A stretch of 64,000 nucleotides of DNA, taken from the IMG/VR virus record IMGVR_UViG_3300021426_000001; one strand, given 5' to 3'. The stretch is from a virus. Its lineage: Duplodnaviria > Caudoviricetes. Below the pieces are notes generated by a model. It saw only the letters and a program-made list of their open reading frames with translations, ran no database searches and was not told the DNA's origin. A program made the position numbers and the translations under genes. Below, piece after piece: positions 56,302 through 64,000 of the stretch. Numbering within the stretch: the stretch's first letter is position 1; the number at the start of each line of letters is the position of its first letter.

Positions 56302-56580
56302 ATGAATCAAAAGCACATCTACAGCAAGCGTCTCGGCCGAGTAGCCGACTTCCACGGAACAACGTCTCAGAATCGCGTATGCGTTCACTATCCGAACCTC
56401 ATTCAGGCTAACGGTCAGCCGACATACGGTCAGATCCTCATCGGCCGCAACAACGTCTGGATCAGCGATGACCAGTACCGCATCCTTCGACTCGCTGAAC
56501 AGAAGCGTCAGCTAAAGCGCAAGAACGCCTTCGCTAAGGACGTTATCCAGCACGCAGACAAGATCATCGCAGCTCTCTAA
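56302..56580 (+). CDS. hypothetical basic early protein
   Basis: Has its own early promoter and terminator. Confidence 0.8.
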   Translation: MNQKHIYSKRLGRVADFHGTTSQNRVCVHYPNLIQANGQPTYGQILIGRNNVWISDDQYRILRLAEQKRQLKRKNAFAKDVIQHADKIIAAL

Positions 56581-56597
56581 AAGACTTGGGTGAACAC

Positions 56598-56636
56598 AAA
56601 AAGAAAGAGAAGAGGCAGAACCTCTTCTCTTTTTTA
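56598..56636. terminator. bidirectional intrinsic terminator
   Basis: AAAGAGAAGAGG/CCTCTTCTCTTT stem with A- and T-runs. Confidence 0.85.
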
Positions 56637-56654
56637 TTTCCTTTCAGCTTCCGA

Positions 56655-57005
56655 TTACTCAGCCTTTGGGAACTGAGTGTCCTTGCCGTCCACGTAGGTG
56701 CTACGTCCAGACTGCGGGAGGTTGAAGGCCTCTGAGACCTTTTCACTCTTGGCAGTGTCGTAACCCTCAGTGAAGAGAGCGGAAGTGACGAATGCAGAGC
56801 TTGCGCCCTTCTTCGGTTCACCCCAGCCAGACTGCGGAAGGTTCATCTTGAAGGTCTCCTGAACGTCAGCCCAACCATTTGGTGCGTTGGTCTTGTCGAA
56901 TTCAGTGTAGATTCCATCAAGGTAGCTGCTGGCGTTGAAAGCAGAATCTGGGACCTGCTTGTCATTGCCAATGTGGTACTGAGACTTAGAAGGTAGTTTG
57001 TACAT
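56655..57005 (-). CDS. hypothetical protein downstream of the major capsid gene (possible decoration protein)
   Basis: AAGGAG SD; internal repeat NLPQSG twice. Confidence 0.65.
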   Translation of the reverse strand: MYKLPSKSQYHIGNDKQVPDSAFNASSYLDGIYTEFDKTNAPNGWADVQETFKMNLPQSGWGEPKKGASSAFVTSALFTEGYDTAKSEKVSEAFNLPQSGRSTYVDGKDTQFPKAE

Positions 57006-57041
57006 TTTCAAAATTCTCCTTGTGTTAAATTTTTACTCTGA

Positions 57042-58373
57042 TTACCACGTACCCTCATCGCCTTCACCGTTCAGACGAGCTGCGAGGCCTTCGAATCTGA
57101 GAAGTCTGTAATAGTTCTCAGCGCCGAGCATATTGTCGGCAAAGGCGTATCTGGTCATCACGCCAACTCTCGGAGAGAAGTCACGTGGATCAGTTGCCTG
57201 AAGAGTCAAGCTCGTGATGTACGGGCAGTAAACGACACCGCAGTTAGAAAGGCCTTCGCCCTTGTATGCGATGAGCACTTCACCGTTGTCCATGTTGGTC
57301 ATCGGATCGACAGCGTTGTTGTCGATGAAGACCTTGATGTTGCCGTTCAGAGTACCTGCGGCAGCAGTAGCAGAGCTACCGTTCACGTTGGTAACGATCT
57401 TGCTGAAGTTCGGAGCAGCGATCTGCATAGCAGTTGCGATGTCCGGAGATACGACAGCGATGTTACCTGCAGAGGTACGAGTGCTGGTTCTGATGTTGTT
57501 AGAAGCTGCGATCACCTTAGCGACGATGTTAGCCAGTCTCTCCTGAGACCAACGACCGTTCCAACCGTCACCAACGCCACCTGCGCCTGGAGCATTGCTT
57601 ACAACGCCTTCCTTGAAGCGGAAGATCTTCGGCGTGCAGAGAGCCTTACAGTGAGCGATAGTCTCACGGTCGACTTCCTGAACGAGCTCTTCCTGACAGG
57701 TCTTGATCATCTCGCTCATCATGTCGAGGTGCTGCATAGACTCGACGTCCTGAGCAGACTCGATAGAGAAGCTTGATCCGACCTTACGGGTCTTAGCTGC
57801 CACGACCTGCGTAGCGAGCATGAGTCCGAGCTCCGGCCACTTCTCGAACTTGGCTGGATCGCCACCTAGCTTCCAGTGCTCAGCAGCCTCAGTCTCAACT
57901 GCGGTACCTGCATCTGGCTTACCGTCGCGGTTAGCCGTAGAGCCAGTGAAGCCAGAGAAGCGAGCGACGTGCTTCCAAGCAGCTTCAATGATCTGCGTAG
58001 GATCTGCCGTCTTGTAGATACGACGGACAGCGCAAGCCAGAGATACTGGACCTGCCATCGGCTGAACGCCAACGAGGACGTTTGCGAACATTTCTGGGAA
58101 AGCTCTACGAACGATGGCCATAGAGATGTTCGGGAGAACACCCTTGCCCGGACCGCCGTGCGGAATGCCCTGGTTGAGACCAGTAGCGCCACCAACGCCC
58201 ATGCTGAAGTCTTCGTCAAGTCTCATGCCCTTCTTTACCCAGCGGTCCTGGTTCTCCAGAAGCTTGGCAGTGTTGGCACGAATATACTTGTCACCGATCG
58301 AAGCAACAGAAAGTGCATTTGGCTTTTCGCTCCATGCCTCTGTGATTGTCTTCTGTGAAGAAAGTATTTTCAT
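57042..58373 (-). CDS. major capsid protein (T4 gp23-like)
   Basis: LLENQ, VRRAFP, VGVQPMAGP, VAAKTRK, YCPYI and PRVGVMTRY motifs. Confidence 0.97.
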   Translation of the reverse strand: MKILSSQKTITEAWSEKPNALSVASIGDKYIRANTAKLLENQDRWVKKGMRLDEDFSMGVGGATGLNQGIPHGGPGKGVLPNISMAIVRRAFPEMFANVLVGVQPMAGPVSLACAVRRIYKTADPTQIIEAAWKHVARFSGFTGSTANRDGKPDAGTAVETEAAEHWKLGGDPAKFEKWPELGLMLATQVVAAKTRKVGSSFSIESAQDVESMQHLDMMSEMIKTCQEELVQEVDRETIAHCKALCTPKIFRFKEGVVSNAPGAGGVGDGWNGRWSQERLANIVAKVIAASNNIRTSTRTSAGNIAVVSPDIATAMQIAAPNFSKIVTNVNGSSATAAAGTLNGNIKVFIDNNAVDPMTNMDNGEVLIAYKGEGLSNCGVVYCPYITSLTLQATDPRDFSPRVGVMTRYAFADNMLGAENYYRLLRFEGLAARLNGEGDEGTW

Positions 58374-58396
58374 TCTCTTTTACTCCTTGAAAATTC

Positions 58397-59428
58397 TTAC
58401 ATCTCGCAATATCTTGCCACAGAGGTCAGATATGCGTCCGTGTTTTCGTCGATTCTCTCTCTCGACTCTTTGTGTGATTTGATACGTTCATTTACGAAGT
58501 CAGGCGTGCTATCTTCTGTGATAGACTTTGGAACGAACGCTGGCTTAGCTGGCTGTCTCTTTGCAGCAGATTCTGCCACTAGAGAGCGATATTCCTTTGT
58601 GGGAACCTTCGACTCGCGGATAGCCTGTTCACGAGCTTCTGTGATTCTTCTTGCGGATTCTCTTAGCATTCCGCAGTAAGCATCGATGTCCTGCTTAGTA
58701 GTAGCGAAAGACTTCTCGGCGAAGAACTTCTTCACGTTGGCAGCATCCTCGGTAGAGAGTCCGACAGACTTCTCAGCGATTAGTGCGCGCTTTGCATACT
58801 TCTCAGCACGGTCAGAAAGCGTCATGTTCTCATTGATCTGCTTCTTGAGAGTCTCTTCGAGTTCGGCAACGTGTGCCTGAGCCTCTTTGATCTTCTTCTT
58901 GCCAGATACGTTGAGCGGAACATACTGCTCCTCGAAGAGGTTCTGGATACCCTTGATGATCGGGGCGAATGTCTCGTTGACAGCGGCCTGCTTGATCTGA
59001 TCTGGTGAGATCTTCTCTACGATTGCGTAGTCAAGATAACGGTCAAGCTGTGCGAGGATCGACTCTTCCATCAAAGCCAATTCTTTTTCGTATTTCTCCG
59101 CGAAAGCCTTCTCGAAGTACTCAGCGATGTAGTCCTGACAAGCCTTTTCGACTTCCTCCGTCTTCTCGTTGAGTGCGATAGAAGCGTTCTTCGCGATCGT
59201 TGCTGTCTTGATCTTGATGTACTGCTCTGCATCCTCATCGAGTTTCTTAGACTTAGCCTGTAGAAGCTCGTCCACTCTCATGGCGATATATTCTTCAGCT
59301 CTCTCGGAAATGAGATTACTCTCGGCTTTGACTCTAGCGTCAACAGCTTCATTGAAGGATTCCTGAAGTCCATTCAGGTCCTCTTCTGTGAGGCCGAGCG
59401 CCTTGAGCTTTTCTACGATTTTATCCAT
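58397..59428 (-). CDS. prohead core scaffold protein (T4 gp22-like)
   Basis: Coiled-coil acidic protein directly upstream of gp23; LDRYLDYAIVE and IKGIQNLFEEQYV motifs. Confidence 0.85.
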   Translation of the reverse strand: MDKIVEKLKALGLTEEDLNGLQESFNEAVDARVKAESNLISERAEEYIAMRVDELLQAKSKKLDEDAEQYIKIKTATIAKNASIALNEKTEEVEKACQDYIAEYFEKAFAEKYEKELALMEESILAQLDRYLDYAIVEKISPDQIKQAAVNETFAPIIKGIQNLFEEQYVPLNVSGKKKIKEAQAHVAELEETLKKQINENMTLSDRAEKYAKRALIAEKSVGLSTEDAANVKKFFAEKSFATTKQDIDAYCGMLRESARRITEAREQAIRESKVPTKEYRSLVAESAAKRQPAKPAFVPKSITEDSTPDFVNERIKSHKESRERIDENTDAYLTSVARYCEM

Positions 59429-59557
59429 CTATTTCCTCCGGCTTATGTTTTATATATTACGGAAAATTTTCCTATTTTTTGCTTTTTTGAACAATTCTTG
59501 AAAAAAGTTAACATTTTGTTCAAAAATTGTTCATAAAAGGGTCATGTAAGTTATTTA

Positions 59558-60301
59558 TCAGATCTTGTCGGTGATGTCGCGTACTTGTTCGACTTCTCCG
59601 TTAGCCTTGTTGGCGTCGATCTTCTTTGCGTTCTGGAAGTTCAGAAGAGCTTCCTTGATCTTCATAGTCACGTAGTTCTTCGTCTTCTCGTCCACAGACT
59701 CGATGCTGCGCTTCACGATGTCAGAGAAGGACTCGTTGTTCTGAATGTCCTTGAAGTCATCGTCGATGAGCTTCTTTCCGTTGGCGACTAGCTCTAGAAC
59801 GTTCTTAGCTGCGTCAACCTCGGCTAGATCGATGTCGTTAGCTTGAATAGTCTTGTTCAGACCTGCAAGAACGCCGTCGAAGTCGTAAATCCCTGCAGCA
59901 CCGGGACCTCTGTCGTTGGGACTTCCGTCACCTGCTGGCGCTCCCTTGAAGTCGGGATCATCTTCACGATCTCTGAACTTGTCATTAGTGCTAGTAGTGT
60001 CATCGCCTGGCACATCATCTGAGCTAGTTGAGCTTCCTCCGCTTGGTCCACCGCCAAATCCTCCTAAGTCTCCGCCTCCGCCAATGTCTCCACCGCCTCC
60101 GAGATCATCTGCTGGCGGAGTGTCGTTGAATCCTCCATCGTCTGAAGGTGCCGTGTCGTCTGCTGGCGGCGCATCATCGGCTGGAGCTGCATCGTCTGCT
60201 GGAGGGGCTGAGTCATCTGGACCGTCTTCTAGCAGAATCTTGCTGAAGTCGATGGGCTTAACCCTCTCGTTCACGTACTGTCTGATATTCTCAATTGACA
60301 T
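59558..60301 (-). CDS. acidic prohead core-like protein with a Gly/Asp/Pro-rich linker
   Basis: ILLE motif, low complexity, position in the head cluster. Confidence 0.55.
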   Translation of the reverse strand: MSIENIRQYVNERVKPIDFSKILLEDGPDDSAPPADDAAPADDAPPADDTAPSDDGGFNDTPPADDLGGGGDIGGGGDLGGFGGGPSGGSSTSSDDVPGDDTTSTNDKFRDREDDPDFKGAPAGDGSPNDRGPGAAGIYDFDGVLAGLNKTIQANDIDLAEVDAAKNVLELVANGKKLIDDDFKDIQNNESFSDIVKRSIESVDEKTKNYVTMKIKEALLNFQNAKKIDANKANGEVEQVRDITDKI

Positions 60302-60302
60302 G

Positions 60303-60626
60303 TCAAATCTCCTGTTTCTCTAGGGCCTCTTGCAGATTCTTTCTCGACAGCTTGAACGTGTTAGCGCACATCAGGTAGTCGAATATTCGGCGATTCAGCT
60401 TAGCGTCGCAGTTCTCGCCAAGGATCAGAAGCATGACTCTCTGCTTGTCATGGTTCTGTATGGCGTCTGCCAGTATGTCGAAGGTGTGCGAGTACGTGTT
60501 GTAGATCACGTCGTAGTCCTTCAGATCCTCGCGGTTGCAGATGCTCAAGATGAGCTTTCGAAGGAACTCGTCCTTCTTGCTGATTCGGTAGAAAATCGAA
60601 AATCTTGTGTAGAGAGGTCTTCCCAT
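60303..60626 (-). CDS. hypothetical protein
   Basis: Late promoter GATAAATA 5 nt upstream. Confidence 0.7.
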   Translation of the reverse strand: MGRPLYTRFSIFYRISKKDEFLRKLILSICNREDLKDYDVIYNTYSHTFDILADAIQNHDKQRVMLLILGENCDAKLNRRIFDYLMCANTFKLSRKNLQEALEKQEI

Positions 60627-60649
60627 TGCTTTATTTATCCAGAAAATTT

Positions 60650-61381
60650 CTACTCTAGCTTGAACTTCGGCAGATCTTCTTCTTTGACCTTCTGAACTGG
60701 AGGCATAGCGCTCTTGACGAGCTTGAGAAGCTCATCGGAAGCGAAGTTGAACGTGTTGTTGATCTGTGTGATCTGAGCGCCATGACCATTCTGGCCAGCT
60801 GCAGCAGCTTCCATCTGATCTTTCATCACGTCGTGCTTGATGTTTCCAGTGCCCTTGTCCTCTACGATCTTGTAGTCTGTCACCATCTGGTCTATCTTGG
60901 CTAGACGCATGATGTTGTCAGAGACAGTCTTAGAGAGATTTCCGTATACCTCGAAGAGGTGCGGGTTAGTGCCGATCTTCAGCTGAGACTCGATGCAGTC
61001 CAGGACAGCTCTGTTGTCGGAGATGAGAGCCTTTAGCTGCGCCTTCATGTAGGCGCGATCTTCGAGGTCATATCTCTGGAGCTTCACTTCTTTTTCGAGC
61101 GCTACGATCTGCTTGTGATCTTCCTTCGCTTTCTGCTTCATCTCAGCTACTGACGGACCGGACGGCTCGTCATCTTCGTCTGACTCTTGTGCGTCTGGAA
61201 CAGTGTTCACGAGAGCGTCGTCTAGGAAGCTCATCGGATCTGGCGCTGCGACTGGAGGAGTCGGAGTCACTTGCTGCGCTTCTGAAGCTAGTTGAGGTTT
61301 TGGCTGTGTATTTCCCTCGTCTCTAACGTCTTCTATCTCGAAGTCGCGGACGAGAGCATCGATTGAAGTTTCTAAGCTCAT
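60650..61381 (-). CDS. small terminase subunit (T4 gp16-like)
   Basis: PHLFEVYGNLSKTV and ITQINNTFNFASDELLKLV motifs. Confidence 0.7.
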   Translation of the reverse strand: MSLETSIDALVRDFEIEDVRDEGNTQPKPQLASEAQQVTPTPPVAAPDPMSFLDDALVNTVPDAQESDEDDEPSGPSVAEMKQKAKEDHKQIVALEKEVKLQRYDLEDRAYMKAQLKALISDNRAVLDCIESQLKIGTNPHLFEVYGNLSKTVSDNIMRLAKIDQMVTDYKIVEDKGTGNIKHDVMKDQMEAAAAGQNGHGAQITQINNTFNFASDELLKLVKSAMPPVQKVKEEDLPKFKLE

Positions 61382-61470
61382 AAGTTGTCCTTCTTGGATA
61401 TTCTATTTATCGTGAAAACACAAAAACGGCTGCCGCTCTTGCGACAGCCTTAGTGAACAGATGGATGAGC

Positions 61471-62970
61471 TTAGATTTTCAGAGTTCTCTCTTTGAAGAA
61501 CTCCTTTAGACCGTTGAGCTTTCTCACGATGACTCGGTCGATGTCGAGAAGATCAGCGTCGATTCTCTCCATCTCCTTGATCAAGTCCTTAGAGTCCTTC
61601 TCAAGCTTCTCAATGTCTACCTTCTTGAGAGCAGAGAGCTTAAGGTCTGTGATGTACTCAGCGCCTTCTTTGACTTTCTGAGGATCTTTAGTCTTCTTGA
61701 AGAGCGGAAGATTCTTCGCGATGTAGTCTTCCGTCTCGTCTGCTTCTAGAGCCTTCTTGATCACGTCTAGGTGCTTAGCAGCGTCGATTCGGCACACAGT
61801 CTTGAAGTACTTTAGCTCAGTGTCAGCTCTCTCAACCTTCAAGAGCTTAGCTTCCACTTCTCTTCTCCAGTCTAGCCATATCTTCATGTAGTCGATTAGT
61901 CCCAGCTTTAGGAGCTTAGTATCGATGTCGCGGATTTCTGGATTGGCGCTTCTTCTTCTGTCTAGAGCGTAGTACTGGACAGTGTAGTTCTTGATGAGAT
62001 GCTTGTGAATCTCCTTCTCGAAAGTGTCCTCGCCAACGAACATGACTTCGAAGTTGCAGGGATTTTCTTTCGTAGAAGCGTCATTAGCATACTGGACCAT
62101 TCTGTCGCCGTCTACCTTCTCGTCCATGAGCTTGATCATAGCAGCTTGGAAAGCAGAGGGCTTGAATGTAGGACAGTAGCCAGTGACGTTCAGAATGTAG
62201 CTCTTCTTTCCGACTTTCGTGATAGTGTAGTCGCATTCGTAAGTGAGCTTGCCCTCGCCAGTCTCGTAGATCTTGATCAGCTCGTCGACTGGAGTTAGAA
62301 GCTTTCCGCCAGATGTGCCGTCAGGACCGTGGAAGACCTTCATGAGATCTTTCATCTTCACGCTGTCCCACTTCTTCAGGACGATCTTCAGAGCTTCTAC
62401 GACTTCCTGTAGGTTGTGGTCAGGAGTGTGGTACGTGATAGCGACTCCAACGCCGTCACCGCCGTTGACGAAGAAGCACGGAAAGTCCATAGGGATGTCG
62501 ATTGGCTCCATGTACTCGCCAGAGAAGTTCGGAACTTCTTCCGCTACGCAGTAAGACTCCATGCACTTCTGACCGAGCTTAGAGAACTTGCACTCTGTGT
62601 ATCTCGGAGCAGCAGCTTCGTCATCTACGCTTCCCCAGTTACCCTGACCCTGAACGAGACTGTATGTCTGATTCACGAGAGTCTGAAGAGGCTTATATGC
62701 TTCTGAGTGCGGGTGGTACTTGCCCATAGTGTCGCCGAGAACTCTTGCGCTCTTGACGGTCGGAGATGAGTTCCAGCACTTCATGTCGTACATAGCCTTC
62801 AGAAGGCGTCTCTGTGCTGGCTTAAGGCCGTCTCTCACTGACGGAATCATTCTGTCTTCGAGGACAGACAGACCATACTCGGTGATGTTGTTCTCTAGAA
62901 CACCCGTGAGATCTGCCTCCCTGATAGTCGGTGCTGTCTCTTCTTGTATCAAAAACTTCTTTTTTGCCAT
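61471..62970 (-). CDS. type IIA topoisomerase subunit A (GyrA/ParC/gp52-like, no C-terminal pinwheel)
   Basis: DGLKPAQRR, KSARV, GKYHPHS, GQGNWGS and AAPRYTE (catalytic Tyr). Confidence 0.95.
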   Translation of the reverse strand: MAKKKFLIQEETAPTIREADLTGVLENNITEYGLSVLEDRMIPSVRDGLKPAQRRLLKAMYDMKCWNSSPTVKSARVLGDTMGKYHPHSEAYKPLQTLVNQTYSLVQGQGNWGSVDDEAAAPRYTECKFSKLGQKCMESYCVAEEVPNFSGEYMEPIDIPMDFPCFFVNGGDGVGVAITYHTPDHNLQEVVEALKIVLKKWDSVKMKDLMKVFHGPDGTSGGKLLTPVDELIKIYETGEGKLTYECDYTITKVGKKSYILNVTGYCPTFKPSAFQAAMIKLMDEKVDGDRMVQYANDASTKENPCNFEVMFVGEDTFEKEIHKHLIKNYTVQYYALDRRRSANPEIRDIDTKLLKLGLIDYMKIWLDWRREVEAKLLKVERADTELKYFKTVCRIDAAKHLDVIKKALEADETEDYIAKNLPLFKKTKDPQKVKEGAEYITDLKLSALKKVDIEKLEKDSKDLIKEMERIDADLLDIDRVIVRKLNGLKEFFKERTLKI

Positions 62971-63007
62971 TATTAGTTTACCTGTTTAGTTCAAATATAG
63001 AAAAATT

Positions 63008-63490
63008 CTACATTTCTATCACTTTCTGCTGAATGAGGTATCGCAAGTAAGCGTAGATGTGCTTGCAGAATGTCGGAATCTTGCCAGGATTGTTCACCCT
63101 GTTCGGAATCATAGCGACTCCAGGCGCTCTTCCAGCGTAGTTCTTGTTCTGCTGGAGCGGGTACGCGACATTGTAGCGGAAAGCGTTGCAGGTGCACTTG
63201 ACCTCTACGACGCAGTTGATGTCGAACGGATCTTCAAGCGTCTTTCTGTGGAACTGAACGAGAATCTTGTAGTTCTGGTTCTGGAGAGACGACTGGACAG
63301 TGCCGTTGCATATCAAGTTGAGAGTGTCTTTGCCCTTAGAGGTAGAGTTTATGATGCGCAGATTCTTGTAGTCAGAGTAAGGGAAGACTTTCTTGAAGTT
63401 ATCCCTGAGCTGAATCAGACTCTGCTTTTCGTCTACTCTTTGACTTGGTCTCTGGCTCTCGCTGAACTGTAGGAATCTCAACATCTTCAT
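63008..63490 (-). CDS. SWIM zinc-finger protein
   Basis: CTC...CKH motif; CTS-like N-terminus MKMLRFLQFSE. Confidence 0.7.
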   Translation of the reverse strand: MKMLRFLQFSESQRPSQRVDEKQSLIQLRDNFKKVFPYSDYKNLRIINSTSKGKDTLNLICNGTVQSSLQNQNYKILVQFHRKTLEDPFDINCVVEVKCTCNAFRYNVAYPLQQNKNYAGRAPGVAMIPNRVNNPGKIPTFCKHIYAYLRYLIQQKVIEM

Positions 63491-64000
63491 CTCTCCTGAA
63501 TAGTGCGAACTTGTTGATCGGGAACGTGTTTGCTAGTCTAGCCCACTTCTCGAAGACTGGCGCTCTCAGCTCGTTGATGTTCTTCGGCAGATCACCAGGA
63601 GAAGCGTGCCATACGCTGACTGGGATAGTGCAGATTCCGAAGCCGTTTCTGAGTCCCTGGAGACAGAAGTCCACGTCATAGAAGTGGTAGCTCGGGATGT
63701 TCTCGTCGAATCTCTGCTTCTCGAACACGTCTGTGTGGATCCACATCACGCATCCGTCAACTGTAGCGAGACCGTCATGGTAGCCAGGCCAGTCTCTCAT
63801 CTCGTAGAACTTCGGCGGCTCTACTGGCTTCTTGTCTGGTCCGAGAACTCTCTGCTTGATGTAGCCGACTCCGTTGACTTGACGGTCTGGATTCCACCAG
63901 TGCATGAGATAGTCCAAGTTGAGCGTTCCGATGACGCCAGCGATTCTCTGACCCTTCTCGTATGCCTGATCTAGTCTAGCAGCTACGATGTCTTGAGGAG
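63399..64000 (-). CDS. glycosyltransferase family 2-like protein (5'-partial)
   Basis: AGVIG, TVDG, FDE...YHFYDVDFCL...H motifs; the frame stays open to the window edge. Confidence 0.75.
   Translation of the reverse strand, partial: PQDIVAARLDQAYEKGQRIAGVIGTLNLDYLMHWWNPDRQVNGVGYIKQRVLGPDKKPVEPPKFYEMRDWPGYHDGLATVDGCVMWIHTDVFEKQRFDENIPSYHFYDVDFCLQGLRNGFGICTIPVSVWHASPGDLPKNINELRAPVFEKWARLANTFPINKFALFRRDEDVEIPTVQREPETKSKSRRKAESDSAQG

Noticed and set aside
1-64000. Stop-codon reassignment, introns/inteins, tRNA genes, transposases
   Set aside because: Core genes are full length in the standard code and end in TAA, TAG or TGA; nrdD, the topoisomerase subunit, gp46 and gp23 are uninterrupted; I saw no cloverleaf or transposase motifs by eye.

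Overview
A 64-kb segment of a large T4-like (myovirus/jumbo-type) bacteriophage genome in the standard genetic code, probably infecting an anaerobe (class III ribonucleotide reductase). It carries head genes (gp23 major capsid, gp22 scaffold, gp16-like small terminase, many predicted internal head proteins), neck/tail/baseplate genes (gp13, gp14, gp15, gp19, gp5, gp6, gp26-like), recombination and DNA metabolism genes (gp46, gp47, UvsY, type II topoisomerase subunit A, NrdD/NrdH, HAD nucleotidase), a gp55-like late sigma factor next to a phage IF-1, two glycosyltransferases and a MoxR/VWA pair. Two promoter classes can be read directly: ten early promoters (TTTACA-N17-TATATT, usually followed by a GTAAAACAAA...AAGGAC leader) and many T4-type late promoters (TATAAATA). 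The most interesting signals are regulatory or non-coding. (1) A roughly 650-nt highly structured RNA at 558-1220, flanked by a roughly 95-nt kissing-loop RNA and an 8 x 11-bp DnaA-box-like array. (2) A terminator hairpin at 46620-46670 whose 27-nt loop is antisense to the conserved early 5' leader and Shine-Dalgarno sequence. (3) Several late genes that appear leaderless. (4) An early/late split in Arg and Glu codon usage. Items 2-4, together with IF-1 beside gp55, suggest a translation-level early-to-late switch. There is also a terminase ATPase paralogue that looks catalytically dead. All protein family calls come from motif recognition by eye, not from database searches.
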